A stretch of 64,000 nt of DNA from Malacoraja senta (GCA_038087875.1 CM076002.1:1-64000), one strand, 5' to 3'. Positions 37,349 to 50,026 are shown, numbered from the stretch's first letter. The notes: generated from the letters alone by a model not told the origin. Made by a program: numbers and translations.

Positions 37349-37544
37349 CTACGGAGAGAATCAACGTGTGAAGGAACTGCAGGTGCTGATTTAAACTACA
37401 AATAGACAGAGTGCTGGAGTAACTCAGCGGGACAGGCAGCATCTGTGGAGAACGTGGATAGGTGACGTTTCACAGAATGCTGGAGTAACTCAGCGGGTCA
37501 GGAGAACATTGATAGGTGACGTTTTTGGGTCGGGACCCTTCTCC

Positions 37545-38095
37545 ACACCTGGAGTATTGTGTGCAGTTTTGTCCCCTAATTTGAGGAAGGACATTCTTGC
37601 TATTGAGGGAGTGCAGCGTAGGTTTACAAGGTTAATTCCCGGGATGGCTGGACTGTCATATGTTGGGAGAATGGAGCAGCTGGGCTTGTACACTCTGGAG
37701 TTTAGAAGGATGAGAGGGTATCTCATTGAAACATATAAGATAGTTAAGGGTTTGGACACGCTAGAGGCAGGAAACATGTTCCCGATGTTGGGGGAGTCCA
37801 GAACCAGGGGCCACAGTTTAAGAATAAGGAGTAAGCCATTTAGAACGGAGACGAGGAAACACTTTTTCTCACAGAGAGTGGTGAGTCTGTGGAATTCTCT
37901 GCCTCAGAGGGTGGTGGAGGCAGGTTCTCTGGATGCTTTCAAGAGAGAGCTAGATAGGGCTCTTAAAGATAGCGGAGTCAGGGGATATGGGGAGAAGGCA
38001 GGAACGGGGTACTGATTGGGGATGATCAGCCATGATCACATTGAATGGCGGTGCTGGCTTGGGGCCGAATGGCCTACTCCTGCACCTATTGTCTA
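37545..38095 (+). mobile_element. CR1 LINE 3' fragment in IDH3B last intron
   Basis: [22 protein letters not shown]...WNSLPQ. Confidence 0.9.
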
Positions 38096-38558
38096 TTCTT
38101 ATGGATTGTTGTGGGGGAAAAACTAGAAGCGAACCCCCCCACCCCGGGACCATTCAGGGTGGGTAACAGATGAGCTGGGGCAAGGAGGTTCCCTGATAGG
38201 CTGATTGTTAGAGATGGTGTGAGCACAAGAGAGATATATACATGGTCATGAACTGTGGGGCAGGTTAATGACCTGCACTGGAGGAAGGGGGTGGGGTCGG
38301 CAAGAGGCGAGGGGGGAGAGGGAAGTGTTGCCTTGGCTGGGCTTGTAGATGTGGCTTTGGTGGCCTCAGTCCTGTGTAGACACACGTCCCCCCCTTACCC
38401 CCACCCCAACCCAACCTCACTCCCCTCCCCACCAGCCCCTGATCCCACCACTTGACTCCCCTCTCCAGCCATCTACCACCAGCCCCCACAACATTCCCCA
38501 CCCCTTAACCCCCCCCCCCCCCCCACATCTTCATTTACCCCCCCGTCCCCACACTCAC

Positions 38559-38619
38559 CTTGCCCTGTTTGATGACTTTCCGGACGGCCTGGGCCACCAT
38601 GTTGGAATGGAACTCCAGG
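38559..38619 (-). CDS. IDH3B: IDH3B exon 11
   Basis: cag|LEFHSNMVAQAVRKVIKQGK|gtgagt, 61 nt. Confidence 0.95.
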
Positions 38620-38914
38620 CTGCAACACAACATGGTCACCGTCACCCCCCCCCCACCACAAACATCCCCCTCACCCTCCTCCCCCCACCCACTCCGGGCG
38701 AGAGGGGGGTAGGGACTGCATGACACTCCCGCCCCAGCGGGCGGGGAGATGGGGCGGGGGCTGGGACCGTGGGGAGGTGGGGGGTAACGGATGGGGAGGG
38801 GAGACGGGGCAGGGGCTGGGATCCCCACGGCGGAGAGGGCTCTCCCCAGGGAGGGGGAGACACACGGGGGGGGGGGAAAGGAGGAGTGGAGGGGAGAGAC
38901 TAGGGGGTGGGGCA

Positions 38915-39872
38915 GCGTGATGGGTGTCGGGGTGAGGGGGAGGTTGGGGGTGCTGGGGGGTTCAGCGGTCAGGGTGATGGGTCAGGGTGGGGGGGTCGGG
39001 TGAGGGGGGGTCAGGGAGAGGGGGTCAGGGTGGGGGGTCGGGTGAGGGAGGGGTCAGGGTGATGGGGGGTCGGGGTGAGGGGGTCGGCAGGAGGGGGTCA
39101 GGGTGATGGGGTCGGGTGAGGGGGGTCAGGGTGAGGGGGTTCAGCATGAGGGGGTCAGGGTGGGGGTGTTAGGGTGAGGGGGGGTCAGGGTGAGGGGGGT
39201 CAGGTTGAGGGGGGGTCAGGGTGAGGGGGTCAGGGTGAGGAGGAACTCACTTGGAGGCACTCAGCAGCACGGCGGAGAGGGCTCTCCCCAGGGAGGGGGA
39301 GACACACGGGGGGGGGGGGGGGGGGAAAGGAGGAGTGGAGGGGAGAGACTAGGGGGTGGGGCAGCGTGAAGGGGGGTCAGCGTGATGGGTGTCGGGGTGG
39401 GGGGGGGTCGGGGTGAGGGGGTGGTTGGGGTGCTGGGGGGTTCAGGGGTCAGGGTGATGGGTCAGGGTGGGGGTGTCAGAGTGATGGGGGTCAGCGTGAA
39501 GGGTGTCGGGGTGGGGGGGTGAGGGGAGGTCGGGGTGAGGGGGTCAGGGTGAGGGGGTCGGGTGAGGGGGGGTCAGGGTGTGGGGGTCAGGGTGATGGGG
39601 GGGTCAGGGTGTGGGGGTCAGGGTGAGGGGGGTCAGGGTGAGGGAGGGTCAGTGTGAGGGGGGGTCAGCAGGAGAGGGGGTCAGGGTGAGGGTGTCAGGG
39701 TGAGGGGGGTCAGGTTGAGGGTGAGGGGGTCAGGTTGAGGGTGAGGTGGGTCAGGTTGAGGGGGGGTCAGGGTGAGGGGGTCAGGGTGAGGGTGAGGGGG
39801 TCAGTGTGAGGGTGTCAGGGTGAGGGGGGTCAGGTTGAGGGGGGGTCAGGGTGAGGGGGGGTCAGGGTGAGG
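38915..39872. repeat. G-rich (GGGTCAGGGTGAGG)n low-complexity repeat in IDH3B intron 10
   Basis: Dozens of degenerate GGGTCA/GGGTGA units. Confidence 0.93.
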
Positions 39873-39882
39873 AGGAACTCAC

Positions 39883-39977
39883 TTGAGGTGGCGCAGCATG
39901 TTGGCAGCACTCAGCAGCATGGCGGTGGGGTTGGCGATGTTACGACCCATGGCCTGGGAGAAGGGGTGGCGGGCTCC
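39883..39977 (-). CDS. IDH3B: IDH3B exon 10
   Basis: cag|[31 protein letters not shown]|gtgagt, 95 nt. Confidence 0.96.
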
Positions 39978-41189
39978 CTGGAACACACAGGGTCACACAC
40001 ACGGTCACACGCCCCCTCACCAGCCTCTCCCTGTCCCTCACCAGGCACATGGTCAGCCACCCACAACACCCCCTCCCCCAGCCGCACCCCACATCCAGCC
40101 CCTCCCCTATCCCCCTGCAATGGGGCGAGCAGAACCACCCTCTAATTTGGGAAAGGGTGCAGGAACGATTCACCAGGATGTTCCCTGGGCTTGTGGGCTT
40201 GAGTTACAGGGAGACGCTGCATAGGCTGGGACTTTGTTCTTTGGAGCGGGGGAGGCTGAGGGGTGACCTTATTGAGGTGTACATGATCATGAGGGGCACG
40301 GATAAAGTGAACACTCACAGTCTTTCCCCAGGGTAGAGGATTCTAAAACTAGAGGCCACAGGCTTAACGTGAAAGTGGAGAAATTTAAGAGGGACTTTTT
40401 TACTCAGGGGGTGGTCATAGAAACATAGAAAATAGGTGCAGGAGGAGGCCATTCGGCCCTTCGAGCCAGCACCGCCATTCATTGTGATCATGGCTGATCG
40501 TCCCCTATCAATAACCCGTGCCTGCCTTCTCCCCATATCCCTTGACTCCACTAGCCTCTAGAGCTCTATCTAACTCTCTCTTAAATCCATCCAGTGACTT
40601 GGTCTCCACTGCCCTCTGTGGCAGGGAATTCCACAAATTCACAACTCTCTGGGTGAAAACGTTTTTTCTCACATCTATGTGGTCTGTATGTGGAAGGAGT
40701 TGCCAGAGGAAACTATCGAAGCAGATACTATTATGACTTTTAAAAGACGTCTTGACAGATATACGGATGGAAAGGGTTGAGAAAGATATGAGGGGATCTT
40801 ATAGAAACATGTACATTTTCTTATAGGATTGGACACACTAGATGCAGGAGAAAAGTTCCCAATGTTGGGGGAGTCCAGAACCAGGGGTCACCGTTTAAGA
40901 ATAAGGGGTAGGCCATTTAGGACTGAGCTGAGGAAAAACTTCACCCAGAGAGTTGTGTGTGAATCTGTGGAATTCTCTGCCACAGAAGGCAGCGGAGGCC
41001 AATTCACTGGATGTTTTCAAGAGAGAGTTATATTTAGCTCAAGGAATCAAGGGATATGTGGAATAAGCAGGAATGGGGCACAGATTTTGGATGATGAGCC
41101 ATGATCACATTGAAGGGCCGAATGGCAAACTCCTGCACCTATTTTCTATTTTGAGAAGGATATGGACCAAACGTCGGCAGGTGGGACTA

Positions 41190-41497
41190 CTGTAGCCGGG
41201 ACATGTTGGGCTAGTGTGGGCAAGTTGGGCTGAAGGGCCTGTTTCCACACTGTATCACTCTATGACTAGTGTAGCTGGAACATGTTGGGTTAGTGTGGGC
41301 AAGTTGGGCTGAAGGGCCTGTTTCCACACTGTATCACTCTATGACTAGTGTACCTGGAACATGTTGGGCTAGTGTGGGCAAGTTGGGCTGAAGGGCCTGT
41401 TTCCACACTGTATCACTCTGTGACTAGTGTAGCTGGGACATGTTGGTCGGTGTGGGCAAGTTGGGCTGAAGGCCTGTTTCCACACTGTATCACTCCA
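41190..41497. repeat. 79 bp tandem repeat of a CR1/SINE 3' end
   Basis: ACATGTTGG recurs at 41201, 41280, 41359 and 41438. Confidence 0.9.
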
Positions 41498-41701
41498 TAT
41501 GTTTAGGTGTGGCAAACTCTACTGTACTGCAGGTAAGACAAAACTTTCACTGAGATGGCACATGTGACAAAAAATGTGCCATTGAACCACCCCGGGCTCT
41601 GTGACCCCCCCCCCTCTCCCTCCCACCTCATCCTCCCCTCCTCCCCTCCCACCTCAACCCCCCCCCCCCTCCCTCTGCCCCCCCCCCCCCCCCCCCCGTA
41701 C

Positions 41702-41848
41702 CGTTTCGTAGACTGCGTACTCGGAGCTGAAGCTCTCTCCGGGCACCACGCCGGCCCCCCCCACCAGCCCCGCCGCCAGGTTGTCAATGATGTTCCCGTA
41801 CAGGTTCGGCATCACCAGCACATCAAACTGGTGGGGGTCAGACACCAG
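41702..41848 (-). CDS. IDH3B: IDH3B exon 9
   Basis: cag|[49 protein letters not shown]|gtacgg, 147 nt; IDH/IMDH signature. Confidence 0.97.
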
Positions 41849-42116
41849 CTGTGGGGGAGACAGAGACAGGGGGAGAGAGGGTCAGATAGACGGGGGAGAG
41901 AGAGAGAGGGTCATGGGGGGGGGGGTCAGACACCAGCTGTGGGGGAGACAGAGACAGGGGGAGAGAGGGTCAGATAGACGGGGGAGAGAGAGAGAGGGTC
42001 ATGGGGGGGGGGTCAGACACCAGCTGTGGGGGGGTGTGTGGGAGGTGGGATCAGTGTGAGGGGGGGCGAGATGAAGGGGGTGTGCAGAGGGGTGGATTGA
42101 GGGGGGGGGGAGATAC

Positions 42117-42219
42117 CTGCATGCAGCAGTTGTCGATGATGATGGAGTCGTGGGTGATGTTGGGGTACAGATCGGCCATCTCACGGCAACACTGCAGGAA
42201 CAGCCCGTCACTCAACTTC
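42117..42219 (-). CDS. IDH3B: IDH3B exon 8
   Basis: cag|[34 protein letters not shown]|gtatct, 103 nt. Confidence 0.96.
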
Positions 42220-42354
42220 CTGTAGCATGGGGAGGGAGAGAGGGGGAAGGGGAGGGGAGAGAGAGGGAAGGGGAGAGAGTTGGAGAGAGAGGAGGGGAGA
42301 GAGAGAGAGAGGGGGGAGAGAGCGGAAGGCGGGAGAGAGAGGGGAGGGGAGACA

Positions 42355-43627
42355 CTTTTTAAAACATCCCACTTGGCCGATGTTCCTTTCCCCTCAAACA
42401 ACCTGCTCCAATCAACTTGAGCGAGACCTTCTCTCATACCCTCAAAGTTGGTCTTACCCCAATTTAGCATTTTAACACGTGGGCCCACTCTGTCCCTATC
42501 CATGACTATCTTAAACCTAATCGCACAGTGCTCACTGGTCCCAAAAGACTCCTCCACAAACACTTCATTCACTCTCCTGAACAACTTTGAGAAATTGCAC
42601 CCAATCTAATCCTGTCACTCTATGATTTTCCCAATCAATATTGGGAAAGTTGATATCCCCGACTATAACAACCTTATTTGACTTGCAGATGTCTGTATAT
42701 CTGATCTTCTAATTACCGTTGACAATTTGGGGTCTGTAGTACACCCCCAACAAGGTGATCATCCCTTTCCTGTCCCACATAGGAGATTAGTGGGCAAAGT
42801 TAGAACACATGGTATTGGGGGTAGTGTGCTGACATGGATAGAAAACTGGTTGGCAGACAGGAAGCAAAGAGTAGGAATTAACAGGTCCTTTTCAGAATGG
42901 CAGGCAGTGACTAGTGGGGTAAGGCTTGGTGCTGGGACCCCAGCTATTTACAATATATATTAACGATTTAGACGAGGGAATTAAATGTAACATCTCCAAG
43001 TTTGCGGGTGACACAAAGCTGGGTGGCAGTGTGAGCTGGGAGGAGGGTTTTACTGAGGATGCAGGGTGACTTGGATAGGTTGGGTGAGTGGGCAGACGCA
43101 TGGCAGATGCAGTTTAATGTGGATAAATGTGAGGTTATCCACTTTGGTGGCAAAAACAGGAAGGCAGATTATTAGCTAAATGGTGTTAAGTTGGGAAAAG
43201 GGGACGTACAACGGGATCTGGGGGTCCTTGTTCATCAGTCAATGAAAGTAAGCATGCAGGTACAGCAGGCAGTGAAGAAAGCTAATGGCATATTGGCCTT
43301 CATAACAAGAGGAGTTGCGTATAGGAGCAAAGAGGTACTTCTGCAGTTGTACAGAGCCCTAGTGAGACCACACCTGGAGTATTGTGTGCAGTTTTGGTTT
43401 CCAACTTTGAGAAAGGACATTCTTGCTATTGAGGGAGTGCAGCGTAGGTTCACACAGTTAATTCCCGGGATGGCGGGACTGTCATATGTTGAAAGAATGG
43501 TGCGACTGGGCTTGTATACTCTGGAATTTAGAAGGATGAGAGGGAATCTTATTGAAACATATAAGATTATTAAGGGATTGGACAGGCTAGAGGCAGGAAA
43601 CCTTTTTACTGATGTTGGGCGAGTCCA
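42355..43627. mobile_element. CR1 fragments (endonuclease part on -, RT part on +) running into the gap
   Basis: GTSEH...LNWGK on -; [11 protein letters not shown] on +. Confidence 0.88.
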
Positions 43628-43827
43628 NNNNNNNNNNNNNNNNNNNNNNNNNNNNNNNNNNNNNNNNNNNNNNNNNNNNNNNNNNNNNNNNNNNNNNNNN
43701 NNNNNNNNNNNNNNNNNNNNNNNNNNNNNNNNNNNNNNNNNNNNNNNNNNNNNNNNNNNNNNNNNNNNNNNNNNNNNNNNNNNNNNNNNNNNNNNNNNNN
43801 NNNNNNNNNNNNNNNNNNNNNNNNNNN
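43628..43827. other. assembly gap (200 N)
   Basis: Run of N between IDH3B exons 4 and 8. Confidence 0.99.
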
Positions 43828-43927
43828 TTTAAGAGTCCTATCTAGTTCTCTCTTGAAAGGGGGGGGGCAATGGTGGGAGCGAGAAGCGGGGGTGGGGTGA
43901 TGGGACGGCCGATCCCTGACCTCGGAC

Positions 43928-44048
43928 CTTTGATGGCGACGCGGGTATCCTTCACGGAGGAGAGCAACTGCTGCAGCTTCTGATCGGAGGCCATGTTCTG
44001 CACCTCACTCACGTGGTGTTCCTCAAACACCACCGGCACCTCCGCAGC
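43928..44048 (-). CDS. IDH3B: IDH3B exon 4
   Basis: cag|[40 protein letters not shown](G)|gtccga, 121 nt. Confidence 0.93.
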
Positions 44049-44567
44049 CTGAGGGGGGGGGGAAGAGTCAGCAACGCACACACCCACACCCATCCCCCCT
44101 CGCCCCCCACCCCCCTCACCCACCCACCCCCATCCCCACCTCTGAAGCCTGGGGGGGGGGGGGGGGTAAGTCAGAACTGCACACATCCCACATTGCTCCC
44201 TCATCCCCCACCTCCACCACCTGGGGGGAGGGGGGAAAGTGTCAGCACCGCACACACGTCACCTCCCCCCCCCACCCCACACACACACACACACACACGC
44301 CTCTCCTGCCTGGGGGGAGGGAGGTCAACACCTCACATCCCACCCTGTCCCCTCACCCCCAGCTCCACACACCCTCCTCTGCCCCCCCCCGCCCAATCCC
44401 TCCCTCCCAGGCCCCCCCTCTACCCCAGCCCCAACACACAAGTCCGAAACCAGCTCCTCAACCGCCCCTCACACAGACGCTAACCCCACCCAGCCAGAAT
44501 GGCCCCACACCCCTCGCCCAGAGCCCCCTGCACTGGGACACACAACACCCCCCCCCCCCCACATTAC

Positions 44568-44675
44568 CTGGAAGACCTCCTTGACGGCGTGCATCAGCTC
44601 CGGACCCACCCCGTCCCCCGGGATCATGGTGACCCGGTAGCGGCCGTCTTTGTTGCGCATGGCCGGCACGCTCAG
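44568..44675 (-). CDS. IDH3B: IDH3B exon 3 (human numbering)
   Basis: cag|[36 protein letters not shown]|gtaatg, 108 nt. Confidence 0.94.
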
Positions 44676-44813
44676 CTGGAGTGGGATAGAACGGGGTGGG
44701 GGGGTGGGGGGATACACAGTTGGTACATAGCACAGCAACAAGCAGATCTGCCTAACCCATTACATGTTGAGACTCAATTTCTTGGAGTGCAGGAGGATGA
44801 GGGGTGATCCTTA

Positions 44814-45569
44814 TGGGCCTGTCCCACTTCGGCGAAAAACCGGCAACTGGAACGGCGACTGTCAGAGTGGAAAAAACACACCCACACACAAACACACACA
44901 CCTTCCATCACCAGCCTGTTATGCAGGCGGGGGACAGGGCAAGCGGCAGGGAGCGCTGTCTGAGTGAAATTCACACGATGCAAAGCCAAGGTGATAGCCA
45001 AGGTGACACAGACACACACTGCGATCAGCAGGAAGGTTGGCGCTGTAATTAAGACGGCTAAAGCACAGTGTACGGTAAGTCCCTTAAAAGGGGGGGAGGG
45101 GAAGGGGAGGAGGAGAAGGAGAGAGAAGGAATGGAGACAACTTTTAAGAAGCCAGAGATACACGGCTGTGAAGCTCGGCGGACATTTAACTTTACCGGTC
45201 GGTTATCCTTGGTTCTGAAAACTACTGCTTACATTTTTTTCCCCCCAATGAGCCAATGAAATTCACCGGTCAGCACCGGCTACAACCTACGAGAACCTTC
45301 GGCCTCCTGGCAACCCACTAGGACCTCCTGGCAACCCACCTACGGCACGAGAAATCTCGCTACTCTCCATGGCAGCTTCATTCTAGTTGCCGCTAATTTT
45401 TCAACATGTTGAAAAATTCACGGCGTCCACAATGAGGCCGCGACCAGTTCCCAGAATGCGGGAACTCCTCACGACCATGAAGGCAACTCCTCGGCAACCA
45501 CCCGCGAACATGTGGCGACCATGTGGCGACTGCATAGTCTCCTGCAGTCGCCGAAGTGGGACAGGCCCA
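44814..45569. mobile_element. non-autonomous TIR DNA transposon (MITE-like)
   Basis: Perfect inverted ends TGGGCCTGTCCCACTTCGGCGA / TCGCCGAAGTGGGACAGGCCCA, with TA on both flanks. Confidence 0.85.
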
Positions 45570-46615
45570 TAAGGAATTCCTTTAACCAGAGGGTGGTGAA
45601 TCTGTGGAACTCATTGCCACAGTTGGCTGTGGAAGCAAAGTCAATCGGGAGGAGGGAGAAAGCAGGAGAATGGGGTTGAGAGGGAAAGATTCAGCCATGA
45701 TTGAATGGCGGAGTATTCAATGGGCCAAATGGCCTAATTGTGCTCCTATGTCTTATGATCTTATGGTATGATTGGGTCATAATACCCAGCTTGGAAAAAT
45801 CAAAGACGAGAGAGAATTTAAGGTGAGAGGGGGACATTTTAAGGAGATGTGCGGGGCAAGTTTTTTTTTTTACACAGAGGGTGGTGAATGTCAGGAACTC
45901 GCTGCCATGGGTGGTGGTGGAGGCAGATATGATAGTGGTGTTTAAGAGACATTTGAACAGGCTCATGGATATTAAGGGAATGGAGGGATATGGATCACGT
46001 GCATGCAGATACAAGTTTATCATGTTCGGCACAGACATTGTGGGCTGAAGGGCCTGTTCCTGTGCTGTACTGTTATATGTGTAGGAAGGAACTGCAGATG
46101 CTGGTTTAAACGGAAGGTAGACACAAAATACTGGAGTGACTCAGCGGGACAGGCAGCATCTCTGGAGAGGAGTGGGCGATGTTTCGGGTCCAGACCCTTC
46201 CTCTGAATCGTCACCCATTCCTTCTCTCCAGAGAAGCTGCCTGTCCTGCTGAGTTACTCCGGCATTTTGTGTCTAACTTCTGTAGTGTTGTATGTTGGAT
46301 GTAGCCCAGTCCATCTTCCAGAGGGCAAACCCGCACGTCTTTGTGGGGTGTGGATGGAGACCGAAGCACCCGGAGAAAACCCACACGACCACAGGGTGAA
46401 CGTGCAAACTCCACACAGACAGCGGCTGTAGTCGGGATTGAACCCGAATCTGAGGCAGAGACTCCACTGCTGCGCCGCCCACTGTGGCAGCCAGAATCTG
46501 CCAGCAGACATTCCCTTCGGTCCATCTGGGTCTTGCTGACCCAAGGTCATCAACTCACTCCCCACACACACACACACACACAGTCCCCACAACCGCTCGG
46601 CCCTCTACATCTCCA

Positions 46616-47552
46616 ACCTCCTCCCCTCACCCTCACCCTCATCCTCACCCTCACACCCTCACCCCCTCATCCTCACCCTCACCCTCAGCCTCACCCTCAC
46701 CCCTCATCCTCCTCCTCACCCCCTCATCCTCACCCTCACATCCTCACCCTCACCCCTCATCCTCACCCTCACCCCCTCATCCTCACCCCCTCATCCTCAC
46801 CCTCACCCCCTCATCCTCACCCCCTCACCCTCACCCCTCATCCTCACCCCCTCATCCTCACCCTCACCCCCTCATCCTCACCCCCTCATCCTCACCCTCA
46901 CCCCCTCATCCTCACCCCCTCATCCTCACCCCCTCATCCTCACCCTCACCCTCACCCCCTCATCCTCACCCTCACCCCCTCATCCCCTCATCCTCACCCC
47001 CTCATCCTCACCCTCACCCCCTCATCCCTCACCCTCACCCCCTCATCCTCACCCTCACCCCCTCATCCTCACCCTCACCCCCTCATCCTCACCCTCACCC
47101 GACCCTCACCCTCACCCCCATCCTCACCCCCTCATCCTCACCCTCACCCCCTCATCCTCACCCTCACCCCCTCATCCTCACCCTCACCCCCTCACCCGAC
47201 CCTCACCCTCACCCCCATCCTCACCCCCTCATCCTCACCCTCACCCCCTCATCCTCACCCTCACCCCCTCATCCTCACCCTCACCCCCTCACCCGACCCT
47301 CACCCTCACCCCCATCCTCACCCCCTCATCCTCACCCTCACCCCTCATCCTCACCCCCTCATCCTCACCCTCACCCCCTCATCCTCACCCTCACCCCCTC
47401 ATCCTCACCCTCACCCCCTCACCCGACCCTCACCCCCTCATCCTCACCCTCACCCCCTCATCCTCACCCTCACCCCCTCATCCTCACCCTCACCCCCTCA
47501 CCCGACCCTCACCCTCACCCCCATCCTCACCCCCTCACCCTCACCCTCACCC
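46616..47552. repeat. (CCTCAC/CCTCAT)n hexamer-based repeat in IDH3B intron 1
   Basis: About 930 bp of CCTCAC, CCTCAT and CCCCTCA units. Confidence 0.97.
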
Positions 47553-47629
47553 TGCCGTCCTCACTCCCTCCTCATCTTCTCTACCCTCATCCTCCCGTCT
47601 CCCTCCCTCCCTCCCTCCCTCTCTCTCAC

Positions 47630-47672
47630 CCTCCGGGCCCGCCCCGGCCGCCGCTCTCAGCGCCGCCGCCAT
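47630..47672 (-). CDS. IDH3B: IDH3B exon 1 (start of mitochondrial targeting peptide)
   Basis: ATG GCG GCG GCG CTG AGA... MAAALRAAAGAGPE(G)|gtgaga in a CpG-rich context; 43 nt, phase does not match exon 3 directly. Confidence 0.7.
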
Positions 47673-48058
47673 CACGCTGCGGACCCCACTTCCGTTGCCG
47701 GCGACTCTGTCACACAGTCCGGGGCGGGGGGGGGGAGGGAGACTGTGTTACACAGGGTCCGGGGCGGGGAGACGGTTGGGGGAAGACTGTGTTACACAGG
47801 GGGTGTGGTGGGACGGACTGTGTTAGACAGAGTCCGGGGCGGGGGAGACTGTTACACAGGGTCCGGGGCGGGGGGGTGGTGGGGAGACACTGTGTTACAG
47901 AGTCCGGGGCGGGGACTGTGTTAGACAGAGTCCGGGGCGGGGGAGACTGTGTTACACAGGTTCCGAGGCGGTGGGTGGGGGGGGAGACTGTGTTACACAG
48001 AGTCCGGGGGCGGGTGGGCGGGGAGACTGTGTTACACAGAGTCCGGGGCGGGCGTTGG
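47673..48058 (-). promoter_or_regulatory. IDH3B promoter with GC-box minisatellite
   Basis: ETS-like CGGAAGTG about 20 nt upstream of the ATG, then about 10 units of GTCCGGGGCGGGG..AGACTGTGTTACACAG, most with a GC box. Confidence 0.6.
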
Positions 48059-48771
48059 TCTGTTATATGTTTTTTCTGTGTTCATTGACTACTAACTAAC
48101 ATTGTGTTTGGGCTTATTTTTCATTTTGAGTTGCATTTTAAAGAAGCAAAAAAAAAACCCACGGTTTTCATGGACATTGATTTTATTCAAAGATAAAACA
48201 TACACATTGGTTATTTTAAAGTTTGATTTTATTATAAAACAGAAAATTCATTTAAATCACATTTTTCCACGTTCATTGACTATTAACATTGTGTTTAGCT
48301 TATTTTAAAGTAAAAACGCTATTTTCATTTAGAGTTGCGTTTCAAGACTTACATTGTCTTTAGGTAATTTTAAAGTTTGATTTTCTTATATTAAAAAAAT
48401 CAATTTCAGTCACAATTTGCCATTTTCATTAACTACTAACATTGTCTTTAGGTTATTTTAAAGAAAAAAACTAACTTTTCATTTACAGTTGCATTAAAAA
48501 AAAAATGTCATTGATTTCGTTCCACAGGAGAGACTCCATTTTTATCAAATTATTCTGTGTTTATTAACAACTGTGATTGTGTTTAGGCTATTTTTTTTAA
48601 CATCATGCCAAGAAAAAATTGCAGGATGGTCAAGGAACGACACAAAGAGATGTCGAGAAGTAGTAAGAAGCAGAAGGCAACAAGAGGTGCAACAAGAAAC
48701 AACTCAACCTCTCGATGATCAATGTCAAAGAATGCAAAACAGAAGGGATGAAGAGACGGGAGATGAAAGAA

Positions 48772-50026
48772 CTAGAAACATAGAAACATAGAAAATAGGT
48801 GCAGGAGGAGGCCATTCGGCCCTTCGAGCCTGCACCGCCATTCATTGTGATCATGGCTGATCGTCCCCTATCAATAACCCGTCCCTGCCTTCTCCCCATA
48901 TCCCTTGACTCCACTAGCCCCTAGAGCTCTATCTAACTCTCTCTTAAATCCATCCAGTGACTTGGCCTCCACTGCCCTCTGTGGCAGGGAATTCCACAAA
49001 TTCACAAGTTTCTGGGTGAAAAAGTTTTTTCTCACCTCAGTCTTAAATGGCCTCCCCTTTATTCTAAGACTGTGGCCCCCTGTTTCTGGACTCGCCCAAC
49101 ATTGGGAACATTTTTCCTGCATCTAGCTTGTCCAGTCCTTATATAATTTTATATGTTTCTATAAGATCCCCCTCATCCTTCTAAACTCCAGTGAATACAA
49201 GCCTAGTCTTTTCAATCTTTCCTCATATGACAGTCCCGCCATCCCAGGGATCAATCTTGTGAACCTACGCTGCACTGCCTCAATCACAAGGATGTCCTTC
49301 CTCAAATTATGAGACCAAAACTGTACGCAATACTCCAGATGTGGTCTTACCAGAGCCCTATACAACTGCAGAAGAACCTCTCTACTCCCTATACTGAAAT
49401 CCTCTTGTTATGAAGGCCAACATTCCATTAGCTTTCTTCACGGCCTGCTGTACCTACATGCCAACTTTCAGTGACCGGTGTACATGGACACCCAGGTCTC
49501 GCTGTACCTCCCCCTTACTTAACCTAACCCCATTGAGATAATAATCTGCCCCCTTGTTTTTGCCACCAAAGTGGATGACCTCACATTTATCTATATTATA
49601 CTGCATCTGCCCACTCACTCAACCTGTCCAGGTCACCCTGCAACCTCCTAACATCCTCTTCACAGTTCACACTGCCACCCAGCTTTGTGTCATCCGCAAA
49701 CTTGCTAGTGTTGCTCCTAATTCCCTCTTCCAAATCATTAATATATATGGTAAACAGTTGCGGCCCCAACACCGAGCCTTGCAGCACTCCACTCGCCACT
49801 GCCTGCCATTCTGAAAAGGACCCGTTCACTCCTACTCTTTGCTTCCTGTCTGCTAACCAATTTTCCATCCTATCAACACCCTACCCCCAATACCATGTGC
49901 TCTAATTTTAGTCACCAGTCTCCCATGCGGGACCTTATCAAAGGCTTTCTGAAAGTCTAGATACACTACATCCACTGGCTCCCCTTCATCCATTTTACTT
50001 GTCACATCTTCAAAAAATTCCAGAAG
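48772..50026 (-). mobile_element. CR1 LINE RT-to-3'-end fragment
   Basis: VYLDFQKAFDKVPH, QGSVLGP, KFADD; (CTATGTTT)n tail. Confidence 0.92.

Noticed and set aside
46341..48088. 527/534-aa Pro/His/Ser-rich ORFs
   Set aside because: Artefact of a stop-free hexamer repeat, antisense to IDH3B intron 1
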